The position numbers were made by a program, and so were the translations under genes. Under the pieces are notes generated by a model that did no database searches, had not been told where the DNA came from, and saw nothing but the letters and a program-made list of their open reading frames with translations. A DNA stretch of 64,000 nt from Candidatus Nanopelagicales bacterium (GTDB lineage: Bacteria > Actinomycetota > Actinomycetes > S36-B12 > UBA5976), in NCBI GenBank assembly GCA_030834185.1, contig JAURFT010000003.1, positions 1,848 to 65,847 of the forward strand, in the 5' to 3' direction. Below, piece by piece: positions 8,980 through 19,605 of the stretch. Every line of letters starts with the position of its first letter. Within the stretch, counting starts at the first letter, position 1.

Positions 8980-9870
8980 TTAGTCTGGGTAAACCGATCC
9001 GTCACCAGCTGGACTTGAGTTAAGTCGAGCTAGCTGATCATCAGTTAACTTAATATCCATACTTGCGATGGATGATTTTGCTGTAGAAATTTTTGTGAAG
9101 CCCGGAATTGGAACCATGCTTGGTGATTGCAGCTTTAACCATCGCAGCGCTATCTGTTGGGCTGTAGCTCCAACTTCATTTGCAACTTGCTGAAATTTTG
9201 GATACAACTCACCAAGATTCTTAGCGTCGTTCTCGCCACCTAGTGGCGACCAAGCCAAAAACGCAATTTCATCTCGGGCGCAGCGCTCGAGAACATCTGT
9301 GTGATCTCTGAAACGCGGGCTGCGCTCATTCTCAATTGCTGCAATCATCCCGCCAGTTTCTTGCTGCGCAATATCGTATTCGAGGGCAGTTACGTTCGAG
9401 AAGCCAATTCGTTTTGCAAGTCCGGCTTGATGCACCGCTACCATGGCCTTTGCTTGCTCGGCGAATGGTCGAGTGCGGTCAATTCTGTGGTGAAGAATTA
9501 AATCGGGAACAAAGCCTAATTTTTTTCCAGAGGCTTCAGCTGCCCGGAGAAGATGTTCTTTGCTGCCATTTCTGGACCACTGGGTTCCTTCACGAGTTAG
9601 TCCATTTTTGGTTACTACAACAATGTTTTCGCGTTCGCCATCCCATTGATCAAGCGCTTCGCGTACCACATTTTCATTATGCCCAATTTGATCAGCGCTA
9701 GGCGCATATACATCTGCGGTGTTGAGCAAGCTAATGCCGGAATTTAGGCAGTAATGAAGAACCTCAACAGCTACATCCAGGCTTGCACCAGGACGCGAAA
9801 AAGGCATTACCCCTACGCCAATCTCTGAGATCAATTTAGTGCTGGTGTTTGGCTTTGAGAATTTTTGCAT
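8980..9870 (-). CDS. Aldo/keto reductase
   Basis: AKR-like layout: an N-terminal block ending in NTADVY and a C-terminal IPGFTK block. Confidence 0.75.
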   Translation of the reverse strand: MQKFSKPNTSTKLISEIGVGVMPFSRPGASLDVAVEVLHYCLNSGISLLNTADVYAPSADQIGHNENVVREALDQWDGERENIVVVTKNGLTREGTQWSRNGSKEHLLRAAEASGKKLGFVPDLILHHRIDRTRPFAEQAKAMVAVHQAGLAKRIGFSNVTALEYDIAQQETGGMIAAIENERSPRFRDHTDVLERCARDEIAFLAWSPLGGENDAKNLGELYPKFQQVANEVGATAQQIALRWLKLQSPSMVPIPGFTKISTAKSSIASMDIKLTDDQLARLNSSPAGDGSVYPD

Positions 9871-9986
9871 GGCTTGAGATTAGCACCTAGGTTGGGATAA
9901 GTGACAACTCATTAAAATTAACAAGTTCATTTACCTAGATTGACACGACAATTGCCGGTCTTTGTGGTGCTTAGACCAAACTAGAA

Positions 9987-10631
9987 CTACAGTTTGGCTA
10001 CAGTTATTGCTATAGCTGCATAGTGGCAGAAGAACGCGGCAATTGTTAATGAATGAAACAACTCATGGAATCCAAAGTATTTCTGACTGAGCTTGGGCCG
10101 CTTGGTGGCGTAGATGATTGCGCCAACTGAATATAAAACACCTCCAGCCAGAATCAACCCAACAATTAAGCCACCAGCAGTTTGATAAAAATCAGGCAGA
10201 TACAGCAGCGCTGCCCAACCCAGGGCAATATAGATTGGAACATAAAGCCAACGTGGGGCTGTTAACCAGAAGATGCGAAATAACAGCCCAATCACTGAAC
10301 CACCCCAAACTAGCGATAGCAAAATAGTTGCGGTTCTTTCGTCAAGCCATAGCACCGTAAGCGGCGTATATGTTCCAGCGATAATCAGAAATATATTTGC
10401 ATGATCAAGTCGGCGCAGAACGCGCTTAACATTTGGGGTCCAATCAATTGTGTGATAAGTGGCTGAAACAGAAAAGAGTGCAACCGCACTTAATGTAAAT
10501 ATTGCTATGGTAAATCTGGCTTGCAAGGTTGGAGCAAGAATTACGAGCGCTGATCCAGCTAACATCGCTACAGGTGCTGTACCAAGATGCAGCCAGCCTC
10601 GCAGCAGTGGTGGGGTTTGCAAAGTATCCAA
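9987..10631 (-). CDS. Hemolysin III / PAQR-family membrane protein
   Basis: Seven predicted TM segments. Motifs LRRLDHANIFLIIAGTYTP and a C-terminal HELFHSLT are typical of HlyIII. Confidence 0.8.
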   Translation of the reverse strand: MDTLQTPPLLRGWLHLGTAPVAMLAGSALVILAPTLQARFTIAIFTLSAVALFSVSATYHTIDWTPNVKRVLRRLDHANIFLIIAGTYTPLTVLWLDERTATILLSLVWGGSVIGLLFRIFWLTAPRWLYVPIYIALGWAALLYLPDFYQTAGGLIVGLILAGGVLYSVGAIIYATKRPKLSQKYFGFHELFHSLTIAAFFCHYAAIAITVAKL

Positions 10632-10683
10632 AATGTTTTCCTAACCCCTATGCTCTGCGTTCTCTAACCCTAAGGGAGAAGCG

Positions 10684-11631
10684 ATGCAAAAGCGACCAAT
10701 TCCAATAATCTTGGATGTAGATACCGGCATAGATGATGCATTCGCTCTGCTACTGGCAGCAAAGCATCCTGATTTGAACTTGCTTGGGGTTTCCTGTGTA
10801 GATGGCAATTGCCCGCTTGATCAAGTGGTTGCTAACACGATGCTGGTGCTTGATGCTGCTGGCAGAGCGGATGTCCCGGTTGCAGCAGGTGCAGCACGGC
10901 CGTTAGTTGCAGAGCCAAATTATGCGTTAGCAGTTCATGGTGAAGATGGCCTGGGAAATATCAACTGGCCAAAATCCACCCGCAAGCCAGTTGATCAATT
11001 TGCAGTTGAATTCTTGCGTGATTTGATCTTGGGGCATCCAGAGAAAGTTACGCTAATTCCCGTTGCGCCATTAACAAATATTGCTTTACTGCTAACTGAA
11101 TATCCTGAAGTGATTGCGAATATTGAAAAGCTGGTAATTATGGGCGGCTCTGCTGGTTTAGGAAATGCCACAGCTTTAGCGGAATTTAATATTTGGCATG
11201 ACCCTGAGGCGGCACAGATAGTTTTTTCTGCTGACATACCAACTGTGATGTACGGGTTGGATGTTTTTTATGACGTACATATTGGTGAACTACAGTTAAC
11301 AAATTTAAAAAATTCTGAACTACCAGCTGCAAAACTAGCTGGTGAAATTGGAGAATTCATTGCTGGAATACTTGGCTACCCAATCACAATTGGAGATGCT
11401 GGTGCGGTTTGTGCAGTGATTGATCCAGCTGGACTAGAACTTGAAACTTATCCAACCGCAGTAATAACTGATAAAGGCCCAGCTCGCGGTATGACTGTTG
11501 TTGATCGACGACCATATCGAGACACAGTTGAGAATGAGCGGGCTCTGCCTGATGCTAGAGATGTTGCTGTTGCGCTTAAAGTCGACTCTGAGCGTTATGC
11601 AAAGCTTTGGCTACAAACTATTACTAGCTAA
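10684..11631 (+). CDS. Nucleoside hydrolase (IUNH family)
   Basis: N-terminal fingerprint ILDVDTGIDDAFAL (DxDxxxDD). Confidence 0.85.
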   Translation: MQKRPIPIILDVDTGIDDAFALLLAAKHPDLNLLGVSCVDGNCPLDQVVANTMLVLDAAGRADVPVAAGAARPLVAEPNYALAVHGEDGLGNINWPKSTRKPVDQFAVEFLRDLILGHPEKVTLIPVAPLTNIALLLTEYPEVIANIEKLVIMGGSAGLGNATALAEFNIWHDPEAAQIVFSADIPTVMYGLDVFYDVHIGELQLTNLKNSELPAAKLAGEIGEFIAGILGYPITIGDAGAVCAVIDPAGLELETYPTAVITDKGPARGMTVVDRRPYRDTVENERALPDARDVAVALKVDSERYAKLWLQTITS

Positions 11632-12859
11632 GTTTTGCTAGCCGCTGGAGAATTGGTGGGTGGGTGTAATGAACTTTCACATACCAAGGGTGCGGAGTTA
11701 AATTCGCCAACGAATCGGTTGAAATCTTTTTTAATGCATCTCTTAAGTGTTCGCTAGAATTGGGATACGTATCAATTGCAAACTTATCGGCTTGGAATTC
11801 ATTACGACGCGATAGGCCATTGTCTATTAATCCAAGAATGACTGAAACTGGTGTAAACAGCAAAAAGAATGCCAAAATACCGATATGAAAACTTGGTTCT
11901 GTAGCGCCAAGTGCTTCAGAAAGTAATGAATTGCCCAGCAACCAACCTAACAATGCAAACAGTACAAATGTTTGCAAATTAGACAACAAAAACATCGCAA
12001 GTGTGTGCTTGCGTTTGTAATGTCCAATTTCATGAGCTAGCACTGCAGTAATCTGAGGTGTGCTGAGTTTCTCAATCAGCGTGTCAAAAAGCACGATTGT
12101 TTTTGTTCTTCCCATGCCAGAGAAAAAAGCATTAGCTTTAGTTGAGCGCTTTGAGCCATCCATCACATACAACTTTGACATTGCGTAGCCTTGAGATTTG
12201 CAATACTTCTCAATTTCATCACGCAATTCGCCTTCAGGTACTGGTTGCAATTTATTAAAAAGCGGCAAAAATAATTTAGTACCAAACATAAAACTGAACA
12301 GCGAGAAGCCAGAAACTAGCGCCCATCCCATTAGCCAGAACCATTGTGGAATTTGCTGGTATATATAAATTATGGCAGTCAGCAGCGGTCCGCCAATTAG
12401 TAGCGATAAAACCGTTCCTTTAACGCGATCGGCAAAAAAAGTTTTTAAGGTTGTTTTGTTAAATCCATATTTAGCTTCAATTCTAAATATGTAATGTAGT
12501 GCAAATGGCAAATTTATAATCGAGGAAATTACACTCAGTAAAGCAATAAAAGCTAATGAAATAACTAATTCATTACTAAAATACTCTCTAACTAATTCAT
12601 CAAGCAGCGCAAACCAACTAAGTCCAAGTGCTGCAACGACAAGCAGCAAATTCACTGTCGAGTCAAATAGCCCAAATCGATATTTCTCACTGCTGTAATC
12701 AATTGATTTACGGTATTCGGCTTCATCGTAAAATTGTTTGACTTTCGGCTCGGTGGTGTTTTTGCTGGATCGATCATTTAAATAATCCAAAATTGTGTCA
12801 AGTAAAAAGTTGATCACAACCAAAAAGATCATGATTCCCAGTAAAAAGCTTGCTGTCAT
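11624..12859 (-). CDS. M48-family (Ste24-type) membrane zinc metalloprotease
   Basis: Multi-TM N-terminal half, then HEIGHYKRKH (HExxH) and a downstream NEFQADKFA glutamate motif. Confidence 0.8.
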   Translation of the reverse strand: MTASFLLGIMIFLVVINFLLDTILDYLNDRSSKNTTEPKVKQFYDEAEYRKSIDYSSEKYRFGLFDSTVNLLLVVAALGLSWFALLDELVREYFSNELVISLAFIALLSVISSIINLPFALHYIFRIEAKYGFNKTTLKTFFADRVKGTVLSLLIGGPLLTAIIYIYQQIPQWFWLMGWALVSGFSLFSFMFGTKLFLPLFNKLQPVPEGELRDEIEKYCKSQGYAMSKLYVMDGSKRSTKANAFFSGMGRTKTIVLFDTLIEKLSTPQITAVLAHEIGHYKRKHTLAMFLLSNLQTFVLFALLGWLLGNSLLSEALGATEPSFHIGILAFFLLFTPVSVILGLIDNGLSRRNEFQADKFAIDTYPNSSEHLRDALKKISTDSLANLTPHPWYVKVHYTHPPILQRLAKLS

Positions 12860-12922
12860 TGCTGTCCTCGATTTAGGTTATTAGTCAAGGATAGCGTGGC
12901 TGGGAGCTGATGCCTGAGAGAT

Positions 12923-12956
12923 AACAAAGGCCCCTAGCAAGCTAGGGGCCTTTGTT
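12923..12956 (-). terminator. Hairpin terminator after glnA
   Basis: AACAAAGGCCCCTAGC..GCTAGGGGCCTTTGTT, a near-perfect GC-rich palindrome 15 nt downstream of the glnA stop. T-rich flank on the plus side; the U tract on the minus side is weak. Confidence 0.6.
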
Positions 12957-12970
12957 CTGAGAGGAGGGTT

Positions 12971-14404
12971 TTAGCAGTCGTAATACATTTCAAACTCATA
13001 TGGATGCGGACGGAAGCGAATCGCATCTACTTCATTTTTGCGCTTGTATTCCAACCAGGTCTCAATCAGATCTGGGGTGAATACACCGCCGGCAGTCAAG
13101 TAGTCATTATCGCGCTCTAGCGCATCTAGCACCTCAGTAAGTGATCCTGGCACCTGAGCTACGTTCTTTGCTTCTTCAGGTGGCAGTTCGTAAAGGTCCT
13201 TATCAACTGGTGCTGGTGGTTCGTAGCGATTCTTGATGCCATCTAAGCCAGCCATCAGCATTGCCGAGAAAGCTAGATATGGATTAGCTGTTGGATCTGG
13301 CACGCGGAACTCAATTCGCTTGGCCTTAGGTGATGTGCCAGTGATTGGAATTCGAATGCATGCAGAACGGTTACGTGCTGAATAAACCAAGTTAACTGGT
13401 GCTTCATATCCTGGCACTAAGCGGTGGAATGAGTTAACAGATGGGTTTGTGAATGCTAGCAGCGATGGAGCATGCTTTAACAATCCACCGATATACCAAC
13501 GTGCAATATCTGATAGACCTGCATAGCCGGCTTCATCGTAAAACAGTGGCTTGCCACCGCTCCACAATGACTGATGACAATGCATACCTGAACCGTTATC
13601 ACCAAAAATTGGCTTTGGCATAAAGGTTGCGGTTTTGCCATTTTCCCAGGCTACATTTTTAATTACATATTTAAATTTCTGTACGTCATCAGCAGCTTTT
13701 AGCAGGGTATCAAATTTGTAGTTGATCTCTGCTTGGCCAGCAGTTCCTACTTCATGATGAGCACGTTCAACTTCAAGTCCAACTGCTTCTAGCGTGCGAA
13801 CCATCTCATCGCGAAGATCTGCAAATTGATCATTTGGACCTGTTGGGAAGTAGCCACCTTTAAAGCGTGTCTTGTAACCAAGGTTTGGTCCACCGTCAGC
13901 TTCAAATTCTTTGCCCATGTTCCAAGCGGCTTCAATCGAATCCACTTCATACATTGAGCCATTGGCTTTAGTTTGATATCGAACCGAGTCAAAGATATAA
14001 AACTCTGCTTCAGGTGCAAAAAATGCAGTATCAGCTATTCCTGATGCAGCTAAAAACTTCTCTGCTTTTGCGGCCACATTGCGTGGATCACGGCTGTAAG
14101 GCTCATCTGTGAATGGATCAACCACATTGAAATTTAGGGCAAGGGTTTTATTGATTCGGAATGGATCAATAAATGCACTTCGCACATCTGGCAGCAATTT
14201 CATATCTGATTCATTAATTGACTGGAATCCACGCACCGAAGATCCGTCAAACATCATGCCAACAGTAAACGCATCTTCAGTAAATGCGTGCGCTGGAATA
14301 TTAAAGTGCTGCATCTGGCCAATCAGATCGCAGAACCTAATATCAACAAATTCAACAGCTTCATCTTTGAGGTACTTTAAAATCTCCTCAGGCGACTTGA
14401 ACAT
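12971..14404 (-). CDS. glnA: Glutamine synthetase type I
   Basis: 477 aa. GS-I motifs are present, including the adenylylation-loop region NLYELPPEE (Tyr target) and the catalytic block [11 protein letters not shown]. Confidence 0.95.
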   Translation of the reverse strand: MFKSPEEILKYLKDEAVEFVDIRFCDLIGQMQHFNIPAHAFTEDAFTVGMMFDGSSVRGFQSINESDMKLLPDVRSAFIDPFRINKTLALNFNVVDPFTDEPYSRDPRNVAAKAEKFLAASGIADTAFFAPEAEFYIFDSVRYQTKANGSMYEVDSIEAAWNMGKEFEADGGPNLGYKTRFKGGYFPTGPNDQFADLRDEMVRTLEAVGLEVERAHHEVGTAGQAEINYKFDTLLKAADDVQKFKYVIKNVAWENGKTATFMPKPIFGDNGSGMHCHQSLWSGGKPLFYDEAGYAGLSDIARWYIGGLLKHAPSLLAFTNPSVNSFHRLVPGYEAPVNLVYSARNRSACIRIPITGTSPKAKRIEFRVPDPTANPYLAFSAMLMAGLDGIKNRYEPPAPVDKDLYELPPEEAKNVAQVPGSLTEVLDALERDNDYLTAGGVFTPDLIETWLEYKRKNEVDAIRFRPHPYEFEMYYDC

Positions 14405-14464
14405 TTATCCTCCTCAGAAAACATCCTTGGTGTCTATCAACTGGCGTAACCTTAGATTATGCGA

Positions 14465-14502
14465 GTTTCAGCACCGATACTGAATTGTTTCTATCTGGTT
14501 AC
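14465..14502 (-). promoter_or_regulatory. GlnR-box-like operator upstream of glnA
   Basis: The glnA coding strand reads GTAAC-cagata-GAAAC-aattca-GTATC-ggtgct-GAAAC. This matches the a1-n6-b1-n6-a2-n6-b2 GlnR consensus gTnAc-n6-GaAAc, 61-98 nt upstream of the ATG. Confidence 0.6.
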
Positions 14503-14518
14503 AGATTAAGGTTCCCTC

Positions 14519-14989
14519 ATGGTAGATCGTCGAGATTGGGCTGGCTGGCTGCAAGGGCCGCGAAAATCCCTTGAAAGTCAGGGGTATGAGTTTGGGCACC
14601 CAGGGGAGCGGCTGAAAAGGCCAGAAACTGGGCCTGGCTCAATCGCTAGGTTTGGCCGCCGCCTTGCGGCGCTGAGCATTGATTGGCTCAGCGCTCTTTT
14701 ACTAGCCCGCGCCTTAAACGACCTGATCGAGCTTGAGTTAGGGATAGACCTGCTTACGCTGTTTATGTTCTTTGCGCACACCTTTATTTTTATCACGCTT
14801 TTTGGTGGCAGCTTTGGCCATCGCATAACAGGGATGCAGGTTCAGAGCCTTAATGGTGCGCGAATTGGAATATTTAAATCCGCAATTCGCCAATTTTTAG
14901 TTTGCCTTGTGGTGCCAGCTGTAATTTATGATCGCGATCAGCGCGGCTTGCATGACAGGTTAATAAAGGCCGTGCTGGTTCGAGTTTAA
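14519..14989 (+). CDS. RDD-family membrane protein
   Basis: RDD-type layout (RRLAALSIDW...DRDQRGLHDRL) with 2-3 TM segments. Same position as Rv2219A next to glnA1. Confidence 0.7.
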   Translation: MVDRRDWAGWLQGPRKSLESQGYEFGHPGERLKRPETGPGSIARFGRRLAALSIDWLSALLLARALNDLIELELGIDLLTLFMFFAHTFIFITLFGGSFGHRITGMQVQSLNGARIGIFKSAIRQFLVCLVVPAVIYDRDQRGLHDRLIKAVLVRV

Positions 14990-14991
14990 AG

Positions 14992-15669
14992 CTACTGTCG
15001 AGGCAGTCGGATATTTGTGCTCTTTGGCATTGGGCCTTTAGGGATTGGAATATTTGTGCCACCCACAGCTTCTAATTTTTTGCGAAGTGCTGCAGTTTCA
15101 TATTTGCTTAATTGCTTAGGTAATTTCTTTAACTTCTTTTGCAGATCTTTAATCCGAACTGTTGATGAAGAATTGCCAATTACAATTTCAGTTAGCGGAG
15201 CTTCTCCGATAAAACGCTGAGTGCGTTTACGCTCTCCAGCTAGCAGCGCACCAATTCCAGCGCCACCTTCAGCAATTAGCACAACTCCGGCGCGACTTAC
15301 AGTTCGGTGAACCATGTTTTGATTTCGATCAGCTGCAACGGCAGTTGCAATGGTCCATTTTCTGAGGTTCTGCACAATTGCAACTGCAGCGCCAGGCTGC
15401 CCCTCCATCTGAGCATATGCGGCGGACTCAGCTCGTTTACCAAAAACAAATAAAACCGCAATAATGCCAATCATTAATACCGATACGCTGAAGATGATCT
15501 GAAGCCATAAACCAGGAACTAGAAATACAACTAGCGCTCCAGCAATACCGATAGTAATTAAGAAAACTAAGAGCAAAATTAGCGGCAAGAACCGATCTGT
15601 TCGCTTGGTCATGCGATAAGCGGCAGCGATTTGGCGAATACGACCTTGTGGCATCTCGGAATTTGACAT
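14992..15669 (-). CDS. DUF4191 membrane protein
   Basis: 225 aa with two N-terminal TM helices. Conserved actinobacterial neighbour of lipA (Rv2219-like position). Confidence 0.65.
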   Translation of the reverse strand: MSNSEMPQGRIRQIAAAYRMTKRTDRFLPLILLLVFLITIGIAGALVVFLVPGLWLQIIFSVSVLMIGIIAVLFVFGKRAESAAYAQMEGQPGAAVAIVQNLRKWTIATAVAADRNQNMVHRTVSRAGVVLIAEGGAGIGALLAGERKRTQRFIGEAPLTEIVIGNSSSTVRIKDLQKKLKKLPKQLSKYETAALRKKLEAVGGTNIPIPKGPMPKSTNIRLPRQ

Positions 15670-15688
15670 AGCTGAACCCTAAAGGATG

Positions 15689-16657
15689 TTAGGTGTGCAT
15701 CAAGGTAGCGGTGCTGCCTTGTGCTCGGGCTGCAAGTGCTTGGGTGTACAGCCGGCCAGCTCGATACGAGGAGCGAACTAGCGGCCCTGACATAACCCCT
15801 GCAAAGCCAATATCTGTTGCTACCTGAGCTAGTTGGACAAATTCCTCTGGATGCACCCAGCGTTCAACTGGATGGTGCTTTGGGGATGGCCGTAAATACT
15901 GCGTGATAGTGATTAGCTCGCAGCCAGCATTGTGTAAATCCTGCAATGCAGTTTCAACTTCTGCAATCTCTTCGCCCATTCCTAAAATCAAGTTACTTTT
16001 AGTAATAAGTCCAGCAGTTCGCGCCTTGGTAATCACCTCAAGGGAGCGTTCATAACGAAATGCTGGCCGGATTCGTTTAAAAATTCGCGGCACAGTTTCA
16101 ACATTATGAGCCAATACTTCAGGATTTGAAGCAAACACTTCATTTAACTGTACATCGATAGAATTAAAATCTGGAATTAGCACTTCCACTTTACAACCAA
16201 GATTTACCGCATGAATTTGCTTTACAGTTTCAGCGTAAAGCCATGCGCCACCATCAGCTAAATCATCGCGCGCAACACCGGTCACGGTTGCGTATGCCAG
16301 ATCCATTGCTTTAACGCTATCTGCTACTCGGCGTGGCTCATCGGTATCAAGTGGTTGCGGTTTACCAGTATCGATTTGGCAAAAATCACAGCGCCTAGTG
16401 CAGGCATCGCCACCAATTAGAAAAGTAGCTTCAAGATCTTCCCAGCATTCATAAATATTTGGGCAGCCAGCTTCTTGGCAGACGGTATGAAGTTTCTGAC
16501 TTTGGACTAGGCCATGGATTCGGTTGAACTCAGGTCCGGTTTTAATTCGGCGCTTAATCCATTCTGGCTTTTTTTCAATTGGCACAGCCGAATTTCGCGC
16601 CTCAATGCGAAGCATTTTTTTGCCATCAGCACCAGTTTTAATCAAAGGTTCATTCAC
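15689..16657 (-). CDS. lipA: Lipoyl synthase
   Basis: Radical-SAM CTRRCDFC motif plus the N-terminal auxiliary cluster cysteines [12 protein letters not shown]. Confidence 0.95.
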   Translation of the reverse strand: MNEPLIKTGADGKKMLRIEARNSAVPIEKKPEWIKRRIKTGPEFNRIHGLVQSQKLHTVCQEAGCPNIYECWEDLEATFLIGGDACTRRCDFCQIDTGKPQPLDTDEPRRVADSVKAMDLAYATVTGVARDDLADGGAWLYAETVKQIHAVNLGCKVEVLIPDFNSIDVQLNEVFASNPEVLAHNVETVPRIFKRIRPAFRYERSLEVITKARTAGLITKSNLILGMGEEIAEVETALQDLHNAGCELITITQYLRPSPKHHPVERWVHPEEFVQLAQVATDIGFAGVMSGPLVRSSYRAGRLYTQALAARAQGSTATLMHT

Positions 16658-16661
16658 GGCG

Positions 16662-17384
16662 TTATCTTACTTGAGGATTAAAGTTAATGGCATCTTTAAT
16701 AGCCGGAATCAGTTTTGCTTCAATGACAGTTAAGGCATCGGTTACAGAGATTTCTCGACCTAGCTCTTTGGTCAATGATGTGACTTCAGCATCTGGGATT
16801 CCGCAGGGAATAATTCGATCAAACCAACTTAGATCTGGGTTGCAGTTAAGTGCAAAACCATGCATCGAAACTCCTTTTGCAACTCGAATGCCAATCGCTG
16901 CAATTTTGCGCGGGGAATCAGCTAGCACCCAAACTCCAGATCTACCTTTGATGCGATCGGTCTTTAATCCAAATTCAGCGCACGTTGCAATTAACCCAGC
17001 TTCAATCGCTCGCACAAAACCCACCACGTTATAGCGTTCGCGCAGCGGCACAATTGGATAGCCAACTAACTGCCCTGGCCCGTGCCAGGTAATTCGGCCG
17101 CCGCGATCAACGTCAATGACTTTTGAGCCATCAATTGGGCGGTCTAGTGGCTGCGTCTGCGATCCTGCAGTGAAAATTGGCTCATGCTCAACGAGCACCA
17201 AGGTAGGGGGAGCAGCGCTGTCAGCAACTTCTTGATGCAGCTGCTGTTGCTTTCGCCATCCAGTTTCGTATTCCACCAACTGGGCACCGACTCCCCAGTT
17301 GGCGACCACCAGCTGGGTTTGCATACCTGAACAATAGCGGTGCACTAAGCAAGCAAAATCACAGTTGTCTATTGGAGTGCTCAA
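16662..17384 (-). CDS. lipB: Octanoyltransferase
   Basis: LipB motifs [17 protein letters not shown] and the catalytic PCG (IIPCGI). The start is uncertain: TTG at 17384 or ATG at 17324. Confidence 0.9.
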   Translation of the reverse strand: MSTPIDNCDFACLVHRYCSGMQTQLVVANWGVGAQLVEYETGWRKQQQLHQEVADSAAPPTLVLVEHEPIFTAGSQTQPLDRPIDGSKVIDVDRGGRITWHGPGQLVGYPIVPLRERYNVVGFVRAIEAGLIATCAEFGLKTDRIKGRSGVWVLADSPRKIAAIGIRVAKGVSMHGFALNCNPDLSWFDRIIPCGIPDAEVTSLTKELGREISVTDALTVIEAKLIPAIKDAINFNPQVR

Positions 17385-17448
17385 GGATGCGCTAACAGCT
17401 AGACCCTCTAGATTAAGCCCTTGAAACTATTCTGAGATTGGATTCTTT

Positions 17449-19605
17449 GTGTCGAAAACCAAGGTAAAAGGACGTCGCCAGGTATGGCTAGCAGTTTTGG
17501 TAATTGCGGTATGGCTGGGAATTAGCGCAGGCACCGGACCGCTGTTTGGTCAGCTATCTACAGTGCAGACAAACGATAACGCTGCTTTTTTGCCAGATAA
17601 TGCCGAATCAACGCTAGCTGGTGAAATCTCAAACAGATTTGCTTCAGCTGACTCAGATCAACTGCCTGCACTTTTACTTTTTTCAGGTGAAATCACCCCA
17701 GCTGCGTTAATTGAAATTAACGCATACCTGCAAGCTCTGCCAACCAAAACAATTCCAGGTACTAATCAAAAGCTTGCAGAATTTTTAGTGTCAGGCATCG
17801 GGTTAACTCCAATCCCAAGTCCAGATGGTAAGGCAGTGCTTGCAAGCTTGCCGCTAGATAACACTGCGCTTGAAAGTTTGCTATCAAACGGCGAAGAGGC
17901 GTTGCCAGGGATTGTGGAATTTATTCGTGAAGATGCTGAAGGCATTGCTGGTTTGGAATTTCATGTCACAGGTATTGGTGGCATTTTGGCAGATTTCTTT
18001 GGTGCATTTGGAGAAATTGATACAACGCTGCTGCAGACAACTCTTACAGTTGTAGCAATTATTTTGATATTTGTTTATAGATCACCGTTTTTATGGGTGC
18101 TGCCGCTGCTATCGGCTTTATTTGCTTTAATTACCGCAGGCGGAATTGTTTATCTATTGGCAAAAAATGATGTGATTGACCTAAACGGCCAGTCACAAGG
18201 AATTTTGTTTGTGTTAGTGATCGGTGCAGCAACAGACTATGCCTTGCTGCTTATTGCCAGATACCGAGAAGAGCTCCATCGTCATGAATCTCGCTTTGAT
18301 GCCATGCGAATAGCGTGGCGGGGAGTGGTAGAACCCATTTTGGCTTCCGGCTCAACTGTGATCGTTGGACTTATGGTGCTTTTGGTAAGCGAGCTTTCTA
18401 GCAATCGAGGCTTAGGTCCGGTTGGATCTGTTGGTATTGCCGTTTCCATGGTGACCATGCTGACTTTGCTGCCAGCGCTGTTATTGCTGGTTGGTAGAAA
18501 AGTATTTTGGCCGCGAATTCCAAAGTTTGGTGATCAAGATGAACGAATGTCGGGAATTTGGTCGAAAGTTGCCAGTCTTGTTGGAAATCATCCAAGACGA
18601 GTTTGGATTAGCACTGGCTTAATGCTTTCAATTTTCGCTGGATTTGCCACAACGCTAGATACAGATGGAATTCCATTTAGCGAGAGCTTCACGCAGCGAC
18701 CTGATTCGGTGATTGGCCAAGAGAAGTTAGAAGAATCCTTTCCAGGCGGCCAGGGGCAACCAACAATTGTTTTAACACCAACTGCAGATGTAGCTGCGGT
18801 AACTGAGGTATTAAACGGCATCGATGGCATTGAAAGCGTAACTGCAACTTTGGCTGGTCCAGTAATTCCAGGCGCACCGATACCAGCACCGAAGGTGGTT
18901 GATGGAATTATTCAGCTTGAAGCAACTTTGAGCTCAGCTGCAGATTCTGTTTCATCACGAGAATTGATACCTGATATTCGCGAACAGGTGAAAGCAATCA
19001 ATCCAGCGATATTAGTTGGCGGCACCACCGCCGTTGGCTATGACACCGATCAGGCATCTTCTAGAGATGTGCGGGTGATTATTCCAATTGTGCTTATTGT
19101 GATTGCTTTAATTTTGGCGCTGTTGTTAAGAAGCTTATTGTCAGCGGCGTTATTGCTAGTAACTGTGGTCTTATCGTTTGCGGCAACTTTAGGCGTATCG
19201 CAGCTGGTGTTTGAGCATGTATTTGGATTTAATGGATCCGATGCGGCATTCCCACTGTTTGCGTTTGTGTTCTTAGTTGCGCTGGGTATTGATTACAATA
19301 TTTTCTTGATGACTCGCGTTCGTGAAGAATCATTAAAAATTGGCACCCGGGCGGGAATTCTTAAAGGACTAACCGTTACCGGAGGCGTTATTACTTCAGC
19401 TGGAATAGTGCTCGCTGCAACTTTTGCGGTGCTTGGTGTGTTGCCGCTGGTGTTTTTAGCTCAGCTTGGATTTGCAGTGGCGTTTGGTGTGCTGCTTGAC
19501 ACCATCATTGTTAGAAGCTTACTAGTGCCAGCATTGGCCCATGAGCTAGGTTCAAAAATTTGGTGGCCAAGCAAGCTATGGCGAGATGAAAAAAATCTAG
19601 TTTAA
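17449..19605 (+). CDS. MMPL/RND-superfamily membrane transporter
   Basis: 718 aa with two 6-TM bundles, each followed by a soluble loop. MMPL-typical GIDYNIFLMTRVREE and ATDYALLLIARYREE motifs. Confidence 0.85.
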   Translation: MSKTKVKGRRQVWLAVLVIAVWLGISAGTGPLFGQLSTVQTNDNAAFLPDNAESTLAGEISNRFASADSDQLPALLLFSGEITPAALIEINAYLQALPTKTIPGTNQKLAEFLVSGIGLTPIPSPDGKAVLASLPLDNTALESLLSNGEEALPGIVEFIREDAEGIAGLEFHVTGIGGILADFFGAFGEIDTTLLQTTLTVVAIILIFVYRSPFLWVLPLLSALFALITAGGIVYLLAKNDVIDLNGQSQGILFVLVIGAATDYALLLIARYREELHRHESRFDAMRIAWRGVVEPILASGSTVIVGLMVLLVSELSSNRGLGPVGSVGIAVSMVTMLTLLPALLLLVGRKVFWPRIPKFGDQDERMSGIWSKVASLVGNHPRRVWISTGLMLSIFAGFATTLDTDGIPFSESFTQRPDSVIGQEKLEESFPGGQGQPTIVLTPTADVAAVTEVLNGIDGIESVTATLAGPVIPGAPIPAPKVVDGIIQLEATLSSAADSVSSRELIPDIREQVKAINPAILVGGTTAVGYDTDQASSRDVRVIIPIVLIVIALILALLLRSLLSAALLLVTVVLSFAATLGVSQLVFEHVFGFNGSDAAFPLFAFVFLVALGIDYNIFLMTRVREESLKIGTRAGILKGLTVTGGVITSAGIVLAATFAVLGVLPLVFLAQLGFAVAFGVLLDTIIVRSLLVPALAHELGSKIWWPSKLWRDEKNLV

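Noticed and set aside
10632-10683. A CTAACCC heptamer repeated 19 nt apart in the hlyIII / nucleoside hydrolase divergent region
   Set aside because: It is a single short repeat with no helical phasing or dyad symmetry, which is compatible with chance.
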